NCBI GenBank assembly: GCA_964540065.1
Contig: CAZIKY010000004.1
Location: 16,306-80,305, forward strand
Length of the DNA: 64,000 nucleotides
Direction: 5' to 3'
Source of the DNA: Candidatus Woesearchaeota archaeon
Lineage (GTDB): Archaea > Nanobdellota > Nanobdellia > Pacearchaeales > JAHJTO01
Shown here piece after piece: positions 55,810 to 64,000 of the stretch. The position numbers and the translations under genes were made by a program. Below the pieces are notes generated by a model. That model was not told the DNA's origin. It saw only the letters and a program-made list of their open reading frames with translations, and ran no database searches. Every line of letters begins with the position of its first letter. Positions within the stretch are counted from its first letter, which is position 1.

Positions 55810-56328
55810 ATGGGATTGGAAGGAAAAATGCGCGCAGATGAAATTGTGGAAAAAGCAAATATGTCATGTCGTCCGGAATATTACAGCGGCCGAGGTGCAA
55901 CATCAAGCGACCTTAACGATAGAATATTAGAAAATATCTATAAAGAGGTCGAAAAAGAGCATGGAGAAAAGGCTGCAGGACAATTTGCCCAGATGGTAGC
56001 AGATATTCCAAAATTATCTGCGACAGATTTCTTGCTTACACTATACAGATTAGAGGCCCATGATTGGAAATGGGATAAAATGTTATTGGGCAGAGAAAAA
56101 GGAGTTTATCTTGATGGAAAAGATATGGGTGCAAAGGTTGGTAGTGGTATTGGAACAATTGTAAGTGTTTTTGGCGGCCTTAATGACCGAGATGAAACCA
56201 GGTATATTCGCGGAAGATTTTTAGAAAGGCATGGAATCCGGCAGCCAGAGGATATAAACGGCCCTTATGGAAGTCAACCTTACCGAGACGTTCAAAGACA
56301 TAGATCAAAGAAAACTAGGAGAAGATAA
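55810..56328 (+). CDS. hypothetical protein (operon member 2 of 5)
   Basis: 172-aa ORF with a basic C-terminal tail. Confidence 0.4.
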   Translation: MGLEGKMRADEIVEKANMSCRPEYYSGRGATSSDLNDRILENIYKEVEKEHGEKAAGQFAQMVADIPKLSATDFLLTLYRLEAHDWKWDKMLLGREKGVYLDGKDMGAKVGSGIGTIVSVFGGLNDRDETRYIRGRFLERHGIRQPEDINGPYGSQPYRDVQRHRSKKTRRR

Positions 56329-56329
56329 A

Positions 56330-56758
56330 ATGGGAATAATGGATATGGGAGATGGAAGAATATATCAGACCGGCCCTGATGGAGAAATGAAACCTATTCA
56401 TCCCGAGAACTTTTCGCTTTCAATACAGGACAGAAAGATTGCAGAATATGACAAGAATAAAGGCCTTCTATCTTTAGATATGAGTGAGGGAGATTTAGAG
56501 AAACTTATTGCAATGTTAGGAATTACGCCTAAAGGAAAGGATATTTCTCTACCTCTGCCTCCATTCGGACATCAGCAGTATTTTGAGGGAGTCAGAGAGA
56601 TGAAATCCCTTTACAAAGAAGGCCCATATACAATAAAATTAGTTGATGGAGATGGACAAAATCCTTCTGATAATAAATCGAATTCAACTCCACAAACAGC
56701 TAGATATCAAGATAAGCCTAAAGGCTTATTTGATCGATTAAGAGACTATTTTAAGTAA
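56330..56758 (+). CDS. hypothetical protein (operon member 3 of 5)
   Basis: ATG at 56330, 2 nt after the previous stop (MGIMDMGDGRIYQ...). The ORF track begins at an upstream in-frame alternative start at 56267. Confidence 0.4.
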   Translation: MGIMDMGDGRIYQTGPDGEMKPIHPENFSLSIQDRKIAEYDKNKGLLSLDMSEGDLEKLIAMLGITPKGKDISLPLPPFGHQQYFEGVREMKSLYKEGPYTIKLVDGDGQNPSDNKSNSTPQTARYQDKPKGLFDRLRDYFK

Positions 56759-56759
56759 A

Positions 56760-57164
56760 ATGGTGCAAAGTTTAACATTAATGATTGAAGGGGAAATAAC
56801 CCAAAAAATATTAAATGAAATCAATTTGAAAGTAACTCCAGATTACATAAAGAAAAAACTAAAACCTCTAAAGAAGTTAGAAAAGGAATGTGATGGATGC
56901 AGGTTTACAATAAGAGATTGCGCAGATTCTTATGCTAGGGGGATCCCAACAGAAGATGATACCTTAAAAAGAACCCCTGAAGGATTTTACGGCCTGGCTT
57001 CTGGATGCCAAGTTTACAGTAAGATTGTAGTCAAAGCAATTGCGTTGAAGGGAATTCAGGAAGTTCTCAAGAGTAATGGGATAAAATCCAGAATGGGCTA
57101 TTGGGATATTGATGATTTCAGCCGAAAGTATCTTGTCCATCAGGGAGTCATAAGGGAAAGATAA
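56760..57164 (+). CDS. hypothetical protein with Cys cluster (operon member 4 of 5)
   Basis: 134 aa with CDGCRFTIRDC...C. Confidence 0.4.
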   Translation: MVQSLTLMIEGEITQKILNEINLKVTPDYIKKKLKPLKKLEKECDGCRFTIRDCADSYARGIPTEDDTLKRTPEGFYGLASGCQVYSKIVVKAIALKGIQEVLKSNGIKSRMGYWDIDDFSRKYLVHQGVIRER

Positions 57165-57165
57165 A

Positions 57166-57579
57166 ATGAGCAGATTGAAGGAATTGCTTGACTCAGAATT
57201 GAAGGACAAAAGCTCTTCGCATGTTCCTGTAGAGAGATTGGTCCAGACTGTTGGGGAGAAAGAGAGCTTCATCAGACTCGGAAGAGGGCTTTTTTATCCG
57301 GATGTCGGAGTTTATGGGGACTGGTCTGAAAAAGAGAAAGAAGTCGTCAGAAAAATTATGTTCGCCAGAGAGCAAGGGCATTCCCTGGGCCATGAATTTG
57401 GAAGGGCAATGACCGGATACGATGATCCTAATGTTGCCAAATATAAAGAAGCTTACTCTGCTATTGATTCTCTAAGTCCGGGAGATCTGGCTAAAGTCAA
57501 AGTTGAAGAAAAGGAATATTTTATTGCGGCTTTTCCTGCTGGAGGGCCCGCAACCGCTTTGGCGTTATTTGTAAAGTAA
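57166..57579 (+). CDS. hypothetical protein (operon member 5 of 5)
   Basis: 137-aa ORF, 1-nt spacing from the previous gene. Confidence 0.4.
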   Translation: MSRLKELLDSELKDKSSSHVPVERLVQTVGEKESFIRLGRGLFYPDVGVYGDWSEKEKEVVRKIMFAREQGHSLGHEFGRAMTGYDDPNVAKYKEAYSAIDSLSPGDLAKVKVEEKEYFIAAFPAGGPATALALFVK

Positions 57580-57600
57580 TCGCAGAAAAATCCAGTTTAG

Positions 57601-58566
57601 TCAGAACATCTCGATCTCGTTTCTTATGTGCACGATGTCATAGCTCCTTATGATATCTGAGAAATTTTCTTTCAAAGCGTGCATCAATTCCAAGATGTCA
57701 TTGTAATTATCAACGACTATGTCAAATTCAAGCATGTATCGGCTCATGACTTCGCTTATCTTTATGACTTTGACATGATCCAAGAGATGCTTCTTTAGCT
57801 CCTCAAACCTTTTTTTGTCGTAGATGAAAGGATCTAAAAGGATCTTATAATGGACCTTGCCTATCTTCCTCCAGTCAACTCTTACTCCGTATCCTTTTAT
57901 CAGCTGGGCCTGCTCCATCTTTTTCATCCTTCTTATGATTGTCTTTGGATCTGTGTTCAGCTTTGAGGCCAAAGTGACATAATTTACCTTGAAAGTCCCT
58001 TCTAATTCTCTAATTATCTTCCAATCTTTCTCATCCAAGGTTATCTTTTCCTGTTTGTTCTTCCATGAAATCTCTGTACTGCCTTTTTTGCCCCCAAAAA
58101 GGCTGTATGAAAGGTAATTCCTTTTGACTATTATGTCAAAATGATCTTCCAGTATGTACTTTCCGTATTTTTCCTCTAAAGATAGTACTAAATCATGCAG
58201 ATTGTTTATGTTATTGGTAGCAATTTCAATAACTAAGTCGAAATAGTTGTCCACTTGGTAAATTCTTTTGACATCTTCTTTCTTTTTTATGAAGTCGATT
58301 ATTTCTTGCTCCTTTTTTGGGCTTGCGTTGCTTAGTTTTATTAAAACTCTTATCCAATTGGAATATAGCTGGGTGTAATCGATTATTGGAACGAAGTTCT
58401 TGATTATCCCCTCTTTGATCAGCTTGTTTATGTTGTAGTGGATAACTTGCTTGCTCTTGTTAAGCATCTTTGACATCCGAGGATAGCTCATTCTGCTGTT
58501 TATGCTTAATAGGTGCAGGATATCCTGTTCAGTCTTGGTTAATGCCATATTGTAATAAAATGGCAT
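57601..58566 (-). CDS. tandem-duplicated Lrp/AsnC-type transcriptional regulator (two HTH + two effector-like domains)
   Basis: Two HTH_AsnC-like segments: DILHLLSINSRMSYPRMSKMLNKSKQVIHYNINKLIKEGII and DWKIIRELEGTFKVNYVTLASKLNTDPKTIIRRMKKMEQAQLI. Each is followed by a ~90-aa domain. Confidence 0.55.
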   Translation of the reverse strand: MPFYYNMALTKTEQDILHLLSINSRMSYPRMSKMLNKSKQVIHYNINKLIKEGIIKNFVPIIDYTQLYSNWIRVLIKLSNASPKKEQEIIDFIKKKEDVKRIYQVDNYFDLVIEIATNNINNLHDLVLSLEEKYGKYILEDHFDIIVKRNYLSYSLFGGKKGSTEISWKNKQEKITLDEKDWKIIRELEGTFKVNYVTLASKLNTDPKTIIRRMKKMEQAQLIKGYGVRVDWRKIGKVHYKILLDPFIYDKKRFEELKKHLLDHVKVIKISEVMSRYMLEFDIVVDNYNDILELMHALKENFSDIIRSYDIVHIRNEIEMF

Positions 58567-58662
58567 TATTTTATAAATCTTGCCTTTTTGTCAAAAATTG
58601 ACTTGGTAAATTTTTATATTCTTCCTATACTAGTGTAAATCAGGGAGTTAACAAATAACAAA

Positions 58663-58974
58663 ATGAAAATGATGAAAAAAATTGGACTAATCGGACTGCT
58701 TGGAGTAGCGGCAGTTTCTGGTTCCGGATGCACTAAGAATGATATATCTAAGATTGGGGAAGATGTTAAAATTACTCGACCAGAAAACTGTGCAACTGTG
58801 CAGGATCTCAGATATGAATTCGGTTACGCGAATAGAGATTATCAAATTCTATGCAAAGATAAAAGCGGCAATCTAGCACTCTATAGGAGAGATAGAAGTG
58901 AAGACTCCTGGACTAAGATTTATGTAGCTGATGCAGAATACGGAGCTGCAAAATGCCAGGAGGATGGGAGATAA
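58663..58974 (+). CDS. small lipobox-containing secreted protein
   Basis: 103 aa with a signal peptide ending AAVSGSGC (lipobox-like) and four further Cys. Confidence 0.45.
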   Translation: MKMMKKIGLIGLLGVAAVSGSGCTKNDISKIGEDVKITRPENCATVQDLRYEFGYANRDYQILCKDKSGNLALYRRDRSEDSWTKIYVADAEYGAAKCQEDGR

Positions 58975-58975
58975 A

Positions 58976-60085
58976 ATGGCAAGCAAAAAACAAAGTCACG
59001 AATTTGAAGGAAATGAAAGTGGAGATGCTCCCTTAAAGAAGAGCCTCTTGGAGAAAGTTCTTACTTATACTGGCGGAGCGATCTTAGGAGGAACAATTTT
59101 CCTTGGAACTTGTGTCAGCTACGTCAAGCCGGATCACTTTGGAATAAAACAGGTGGAGATGTCTCCATTTGGATTGCTCGGAGGCAAGGGAATCCATAGT
59201 GAAGTTTATGACACTGGATATCATGTAGTCCTGCCTTTGTTTGAAAAAATGCATATGCTTCCAAAAGATAAGCAAGTGCTTTACTTGAACCGAGAAAAAG
59301 GATTGACTGCTGAGGAGCAGAAGTATTCCACTGAAGTGGCTCCTGCAAACATTCAGACTTCTGATGGGTTCTACATTACATTAGATGCTTCCATCATTTA
59401 CAAGATAAAAGATCCTTACAAGGTTATCACGACTCTTGGAGCTGGAAGGCTATTTGAGCAGAATGGAATAATTCCAAAAGCAGAGCCTGCTTTAAAGGAA
59501 GCTTTGGGAATAATGAATCCCGAAGATTTTTACAACAGCCCGCTTAGGGTCGAGAAGCAGGAGACTGCTAAAGACTTGCTTAATCGGCTGCTTGAACCAA
59601 AAGGTGTGCATGTGGAACATGTCTTGATAAGATACCCCGAATACCATAAAGAAGTTCAGGCTAGAATTGAAGGAAGGAAACTTCAAGACCAGCTAGTCTA
59701 CACTAACCAGTCAAAGGCAAAGGAAAGATCTGCGCAGGCGCAGTTCCAGAAAATGACTGAAGAAGGTCTTGCTGATAAAAAAGTCAAGGAAGAAGAAGGA
59801 AAAGCTTACATTACAATGAAAAACGCAAGCCGAGACCTTTACACCAGAAAGAAAAAGGCGGAAGCCGACAAGCTCGTTAAGTTAGCTGAAGCTAAGAGAA
59901 CCGAGCTCGTGAATGAAGCTTACAGAGGAGAAGGTTCAGAGAAGCTTCTTGGTATGGAAATGGCTGAAGTGCTTAAGGGAGTAGATAATGTCATCATAAC
60001 TACTGGAAAAGAGCAGGGATTCAACCCTCTCGATCTTGAGAGTTTGATGAAGATGTGGAATATCAAAGATGGAGGAAAAAAGTAA
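58976..60085 (+). CDS. SPFH/band-7 domain protein (HflK/stomatin-prohibitin-like)
   Basis: Start taken at the ATG (MASKKQ...) preceded by GGAGG. The ORF track begins upstream at 58931. It has a TM helix, then an SPFH core (FGIKQVEMSPFGLLGGKGIHSEVYDTGYHVVLP...ITLDASIIYKI) and a coiled-coil tail. Confidence 0.7.
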   Translation: MASKKQSHEFEGNESGDAPLKKSLLEKVLTYTGGAILGGTIFLGTCVSYVKPDHFGIKQVEMSPFGLLGGKGIHSEVYDTGYHVVLPLFEKMHMLPKDKQVLYLNREKGLTAEEQKYSTEVAPANIQTSDGFYITLDASIIYKIKDPYKVITTLGAGRLFEQNGIIPKAEPALKEALGIMNPEDFYNSPLRVEKQETAKDLLNRLLEPKGVHVEHVLIRYPEYHKEVQARIEGRKLQDQLVYTNQSKAKERSAQAQFQKMTEEGLADKKVKEEEGKAYITMKNASRDLYTRKKKAEADKLVKLAEAKRTELVNEAYRGEGSEKLLGMEMAEVLKGVDNVIITTGKEQGFNPLDLESLMKMWNIKDGGKK

Positions 60086-61214
60086 AATGAATAAAGAATC
60101 AATTAAGGAATATGTAATAAATGCTTTTGAGAGGGTTATGAAAAATCCTAAAGCAGTCATTGGGGGAGCAATAACTGCTCTTTCTCTGGCATACTTTGTT
60201 GCGGGTTCGATACACAAAACAGGAACCACAGAAATAGGTGTCAGGACTAGGAAAGTAAGCTTGTTCAACAAGAAAGGAGTAGAACAGAGAATCTACCAGC
60301 CCGGATCGACATACTTCTTCCCGCCATTGATAAATGACTGGACTACTTATGACACCAAATTAGTCAATGTAGAGATGAATGCAGACACTAATGAGGGAAA
60401 TGTTGGAGTTTCAGATGACCTGGCTTTTAAGACAAGAGATGGAAATGATATCAATCTGGATGTTGTCTTCTCTTACAGGATAGATCCTGAGAAAGCTCCG
60501 CAGATACTTCAATATGTTGCTTCCTCTTCGGACGAACTTGAAAATAAGATCTTCTGGGCAGTTGCAAGGAGCAAGCCTAGAGATATCTTTGGGGAACTTT
60601 CTTCTGAGGAATTCTATCAGGCAGAGAAAAGAAATGAGTCTGCCGAGAAGGCGAAGAAAGAGCTTGAGAAAATCCTTCAGCCTTATGGGGTTATAATTGA
60701 GAAGGTTGCACCTAAAGATTACAGGTTCAATCCAAGGTATGCTGAAGCTATCAAAGACAAGAAACTTGCTGATGCAAAGACTCTGGAGTATCTTTCTCAG
60801 ACAAATGCGCAGAAAGAAGAGAATGTAAGGCTTTTGAGAGAAGCGGAAGGTTCGGTGAATGAGATGATTGCGAAGGTAGATGGAGCTTACAAGCAGGCAG
60901 TGCTTGAAGCAGATGCTTACTATAATCAGCAGCAGAAAATTGCGGAAGCGATAATTGCTGAAGGGCAGGCTGAAGCGAAAGCAATAAAGGCCGCGAGAGA
61001 AGCGATGACCAGCACTGGGGGAAGCACTTTAGTCAAAATGAAGATTGCTGAAAATCTTAAGGGAAAGAAAATCATAATGGTTCCAACAGGATCCCAATCT
61101 GGTGGAGGAATAAACTTCCAGACTTTGAATGTGAATGATTTCCTTAAGACTTACGGGGCGAAAACCCTTGCAGATGAAGCTGAGCAGTCAACTGCTACGC
61201 ACAAGAACAAGTAA
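60069..61214 (+). CDS. SPFH/band-7 domain protein (HflC-like partner)
   Basis: 381 aa with TM - SPFH core (TEIGVRTRKVSLFNKKG...LDVVFSYRI) - coiled coil. Overlaps the previous gene; an alternative start is the ATG at 60087. Confidence 0.7.
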   Translation: MEEKSKMNKESIKEYVINAFERVMKNPKAVIGGAITALSLAYFVAGSIHKTGTTEIGVRTRKVSLFNKKGVEQRIYQPGSTYFFPPLINDWTTYDTKLVNVEMNADTNEGNVGVSDDLAFKTRDGNDINLDVVFSYRIDPEKAPQILQYVASSSDELENKIFWAVARSKPRDIFGELSSEEFYQAEKRNESAEKAKKELEKILQPYGVIIEKVAPKDYRFNPRYAEAIKDKKLADAKTLEYLSQTNAQKEENVRLLREAEGSVNEMIAKVDGAYKQAVLEADAYYNQQQKIAEAIIAEGQAEAKAIKAAREAMTSTGGSTLVKMKIAENLKGKKIIMVPTGSQSGGGINFQTLNVNDFLKTYGAKTLADEAEQSTATHKNK

Positions 61215-61234
61215 GGAGATAGGAGAAGAAGAAA

Positions 61235-61516
61235 ATGGAAATGAAAAGAACTATTAGAAATATGGGGCTGACAGGTTTGGCAGCAATTGCTTTTTCAGGA
61301 TGCGGACTTGTTGAGAAATATTATGAAGAAGTTAATTACGAAACTTTGACAAATGCTAAAGGCCGAATTGAGCTTTATTCCGGCGGGAAGCTTGTCAAGG
61401 AATTCAAAGACAGCAAGATTATTTACTCTAATTCTGACAGCGAAGCGCTGTATTTTAAAGACTCAGCTGGGAAGACGCATTATTGGCAAGGCGAGGCTTA
61501 CATAGAGTTAGAATAA
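61235..61516 (+). CDS. small lipobox-containing secreted protein
   Basis: 93 aa with signal peptide ...AAIAFSGCGL. Confidence 0.4.
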   Translation: MEMKRTIRNMGLTGLAAIAFSGCGLVEKYYEEVNYETLTNAKGRIELYSGGKLVKEFKDSKIIYSNSDSEALYFKDSAGKTHYWQGEAYIELE

Positions 61517-61586
61517 ATGATAAAGATATTATTCTTAAGTAGTAACAAATAGCAAGGTTTAAATAGGTTATAAATTTTGAGATAAA

Positions 61587-63101
61587 ATGGCAAGATATGA
61601 AAAAGAAGAGAAGGGGCAACTTTGGGAAAGCGGCACTTTCAGAGTAGATGAAGTTCAAAGAAAGAAAACTCTTGAAGCCCAGATGGAAGCTATCCAAAAA
61701 TATGGAATGAAAGTGCATGAAGGCTTTCAAAAGATTTTAACTAATTCTCAAACAAGACTTCGAAGAACATCTGTTGAGGTCTTCTTGGGGGCTTTAATGC
61801 TTGGCTCTCTCGGAGGATATTTGGGACACAGGGCTGAATCTGCAAGGGATAAACTCCTGCCTGTAGCTTTTTCCGAGATAAGCCAAATAAAAGATATCTC
61901 TGCCCAGAAAGGCGAAACTGTCGATCCATTCACTAACTATTATGCTGGCTTGAATGATATGACTATGAAAGTATTCGAATCATGGAATGACTCTTGGAGA
62001 TCAAGCAAGAGCGATAAAGACGCTTATAATAAATTTGCAGAGAGGCTTAATGAAAGTTTGATGGAGCACAAGTACAAAAACAACTTGACAGACTTTCTTG
62101 ATTCTGTACCTAAAGATGCGGATCTTGCATTAAGAAGCCTGTCGGGATTTATCCGTTCTGGCGATAGAATGCGCACAGTTAATGGACATTTTTCAAGTGC
62201 TTGGAAAGAGCACCATAAAGATAACTACCATACAGAGTTAAGAACAAGATTAGTTACAACTACTGATGCGGATGGAAACATCTCTATGGATACAGAGACT
62301 TATCTGGAATCGGTTTATGATGATACAACCCACACTTATACTTACAACAAAAACGAAGGTGAAGCTGCTTCGGTTACTTTGGATAAAGTTCTTTTAGATT
62401 TTCAGGGCTTGTCCAGTAAGATGGGTAAAATGGAGGCATTAAAAGTTCAGGAGCCAAATAGGAATGCGATCAGATCCAGCAGGAAATTAAAGAAAGGGAA
62501 AGATTTAACCAAGGGAGAATATTTTTCTATAGCAAGCACTTGGAGAACAGGGTCTAATTTTTACTCAAATAGGTCTACTTTTTCTGACCCTTGGAGCCAT
62601 CTTAGCTCAGATGCCTCAAACTGGAGAAGAGCTAAAAAAACTTCCAGAAACCACCAATATAAGACCACTAGCTCTCGGGATGCCGGACCGGAAGAATTCA
62701 GAATTGCAAGATCAGCATTGTCTCATGGGCAGAATTTTGTGAACAAAGTTGATGAAGTAGTCAATGGCATGGGGCATGCTATGCAGCAAACTCCCGTGCT
62801 TAGGCAGAAAATACATGATTTTGTCGGGAAAACATTTTCCCCCAGCGATTATAAAAATGGAAAATTCGATCCTAAGAAAGAAGCTTATGCGATAAAAGAT
62901 TTGGCAAGCGACCTTTATCAGAAAAACTTCAAGGGAGGCTTTGATGTTAAAGGCTATCGTGTGGGTGCTGCTATGCTTTACGGATTATTTGGACTGCTTG
63001 CAGGAATTGGATTGGGGGCTGCAGTTGATTCTCTTGCAGATAAATATCAATTATGGGGAAAAAGAACTGCAGGAGATTACTTCGGCTCGGGCAATTATTA
63101 A
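61587..63101 (+). CDS. hypothetical protein with C-terminal TM anchor
   Basis: 504-aa ORF ending with a Gly-rich hydrophobic helix (AAMLYGLFGLLAGIGLGAAV). Confidence 0.45.
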   Translation: MARYEKEEKGQLWESGTFRVDEVQRKKTLEAQMEAIQKYGMKVHEGFQKILTNSQTRLRRTSVEVFLGALMLGSLGGYLGHRAESARDKLLPVAFSEISQIKDISAQKGETVDPFTNYYAGLNDMTMKVFESWNDSWRSSKSDKDAYNKFAERLNESLMEHKYKNNLTDFLDSVPKDADLALRSLSGFIRSGDRMRTVNGHFSSAWKEHHKDNYHTELRTRLVTTTDADGNISMDTETYLESVYDDTTHTYTYNKNEGEAASVTLDKVLLDFQGLSSKMGKMEALKVQEPNRNAIRSSRKLKKGKDLTKGEYFSIASTWRTGSNFYSNRSTFSDPWSHLSSDASNWRRAKKTSRNHQYKTTSSRDAGPEEFRIARSALSHGQNFVNKVDEVVNGMGHAMQQTPVLRQKIHDFVGKTFSPSDYKNGKFDPKKEAYAIKDLASDLYQKNFKGGFDVKGYRVGAAMLYGLFGLLAGIGLGAAVDSLADKYQLWGKRTAGDYFGSGNY

Positions 63102-63148
63102 TCTTGATCCGACCTTAAGCTTTTAAACCCTAAACCGCATATAATATT

Positions 63149-63376
63149 ATGGCTGTAAAGAAAAAAGATGGAAAGAAAAAGAGCAGCAAAAAGAAACCTA
63201 AGATTGTCAAGAATCATAGATCTGAAGTCAGCTACAAAGAGCTTTCTGACAAAAAATCTGATGAACCCAGCTGGAGGGAAGGAAAACTTTCTTCTGAATT
63301 GGGCAATGAAAGCGATATAGAAGAGGAAGAAGACGCTGAAGAAAAGGATTTCTACGGAAAGCCTTTAGAAGAATAA
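63149..63376 (+). CDS. small highly charged protein (Lys-rich N-terminus, acidic C-terminus)
   Basis: 75 aa: MAVKKKDGKKKSSKKKPKIVK...DIEEEEDAEEKDF. Its 3' end overlaps the convergent ORF 63352-63993 by 25 nt. Confidence 0.3.
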   Translation: MAVKKKDGKKKSSKKKPKIVKNHRSEVSYKELSDKKSDEPSWREGKLSSELGNESDIEEEEDAEEKDFYGKPLEE

Positions 63377-63993
63377 GAAGCTTCTGTAGGCGAGGAGTCT
63401 TCTCTTTTAGGATAAGGGCTCATGAAAGGCATGAAGCCTAAAAGAGTCATTGCCGAACCGGCTGCGAATGAAAGAAGTGCTTTTGTCTTGAGCGAATAAA
63501 CTTTTTTTGTAGCTTCTTCTGGAACCAAAGATTCTAAGGAAGAAGCCTTCTTTTCAACTTTTTCCCTTATATTCTTAACCTTATTCTGATAAGCGTGGTA
63601 AGCTGGCTTCCTGTCCTTCTCCTGATCTTCTGCTATTCCATGTTCTATCTGCATTATTCCCTTATCTATCTCTTTTATTCCGTATTTCTCCTCAAAACGG
63701 CCTTCGACGAACTTTGTTCTTGCCTTGTTAAGGGCCTGCCTAGATTTCATGATCGGAGAATTATAATATGGCTGTGAGCCTTCGCTTCTGAGATTGCTTC
63801 CCATAAGCTGGTCTTTCTGCTCCAAAAACTGAAGGTAGGATTCAGATTCTTTAAGATCTGCAGCCATTCCCCTTAGAAGTTCGGCTTGTTTTGTTGGGTA
63901 CTTGCTGTTTATTTCCGCCAAATAACTGCGGTAGTCTTCGGAGAATTTTGATGATCCGAATAGGAGGAACCCCCCTAAAGCCATGCTTGTCAA
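63352..63993 (-). CDS. hypothetical protein with predicted TM segment
   Basis: 213-aa ORF with its ATG at 63993 near the window end. Confidence 0.4.
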   Translation of the reverse strand: MTSMALGGFLLFGSSKFSEDYRSYLAEINSKYPTKQAELLRGMAADLKESESYLQFLEQKDQLMGSNLRSEGSQPYYNSPIMKSRQALNKARTKFVEGRFEEKYGIKEIDKGIMQIEHGIAEDQEKDRKPAYHAYQNKVKNIREKVEKKASSLESLVPEEATKKVYSLKTKALLSFAAGSAMTLLGFMPFMSPYPKREDSSPTEASYSSKGFP

Positions 63994-64000
63994 AGAATAT

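Noticed and set aside
58931-60087. Upstream alternative starts in ORF-track entries (58931, 60069, 56267, 49969, 30746, 22818)
   Set aside because: These correspond to TTG/GTG or earlier in-frame codons. A downstream ATG with a better context (GGAGG spacing, a signal-peptide start, or a paralog alignment) was preferred in most cases. 60069 was kept because the choice is ambiguous.
1-64000. rRNA genes, CRISPR arrays, transposases or integrases, selenocysteine or programmed-frameshift signals
   Set aside because: I looked for characteristic GC-rich structured stretches, direct-repeat arrays and DDE or tyrosine-recombinase motifs in all long ORFs and found none. Only three tRNAs were found as structured RNAs.

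Overview
This window is an AT-rich archaeal chromosome fragment, by eye about 35-40% GC (not computed). Archaeal hallmarks are a group II chaperonin (thermosome), a two-subunit ADP-forming acetyl-CoA synthetase, an intron-containing tRNA, an Ogg2-type glycosylase and a tRNA-guanine transglycosylase. Gene content (many small unknown ORFs, giant N-glycosylation-sequon-rich surface proteins, fermentative metabolism) suggests a small-genome, possibly DPANN-like, archaeon.

Recognisable blocks, in order:
- 1-6.5 kb: a pyruvate/2-oxoacid dehydrogenase operon (E1alpha, lipoate ligase-like, E1beta, E2) fused to a split acetyl-CoA synthetase (ADP-forming).
- 9.3-11.6 kb: a three-gene lactate/glycolate-oxidase-like module.
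- 5-16 kb: a dense thiol/redox/Fe-S cluster (thioredoxin-like, Bcp, TlpA-like, VKOR, DoxX, Nth, 2Fe-2S ferredoxin, DUF1858-IscA).
- 16-22.7 kb: Sua5, tRNA-Gly, thermosome.
- 22.8-29.6 kb: an unusual module of three tandem divergent paralogs plus an AbrB-PhoU regulator, bracketed by two paralogous CBS-zinc-ribbon genes.
- 32-42 kb: housekeeping genes (NDH-2-like oxidoreductase, ZIP transporter, GDPD, TGT, Ogg2), an MNT-HEPN toxin-antitoxin pair, and tRNA-Tyr (with intron).
- Just downstream of tRNA-Asp at 42.07 kb: a 12-nt duplicate of the tRNA 3' end, followed by a 6.5-kb patch of unknown secreted, kinase-like and macro-domain proteins (possible integrated-element remnant).
- 50-57.6 kb: a tightly coupled operon with a secreted coiled-coil/beta-rich protein, an 1140-aa PKD-domain surface protein and five small unknown proteins.
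- 57.6-64 kb: an SPFH pair flanked by lipobox proteins.

No CRISPR array, rRNA, integrase or transposase was found. The best candidates for undescribed biology are the paralog/regulator module (22.8-29.6 kb) and the surface-protein operon (50-57.6 kb).
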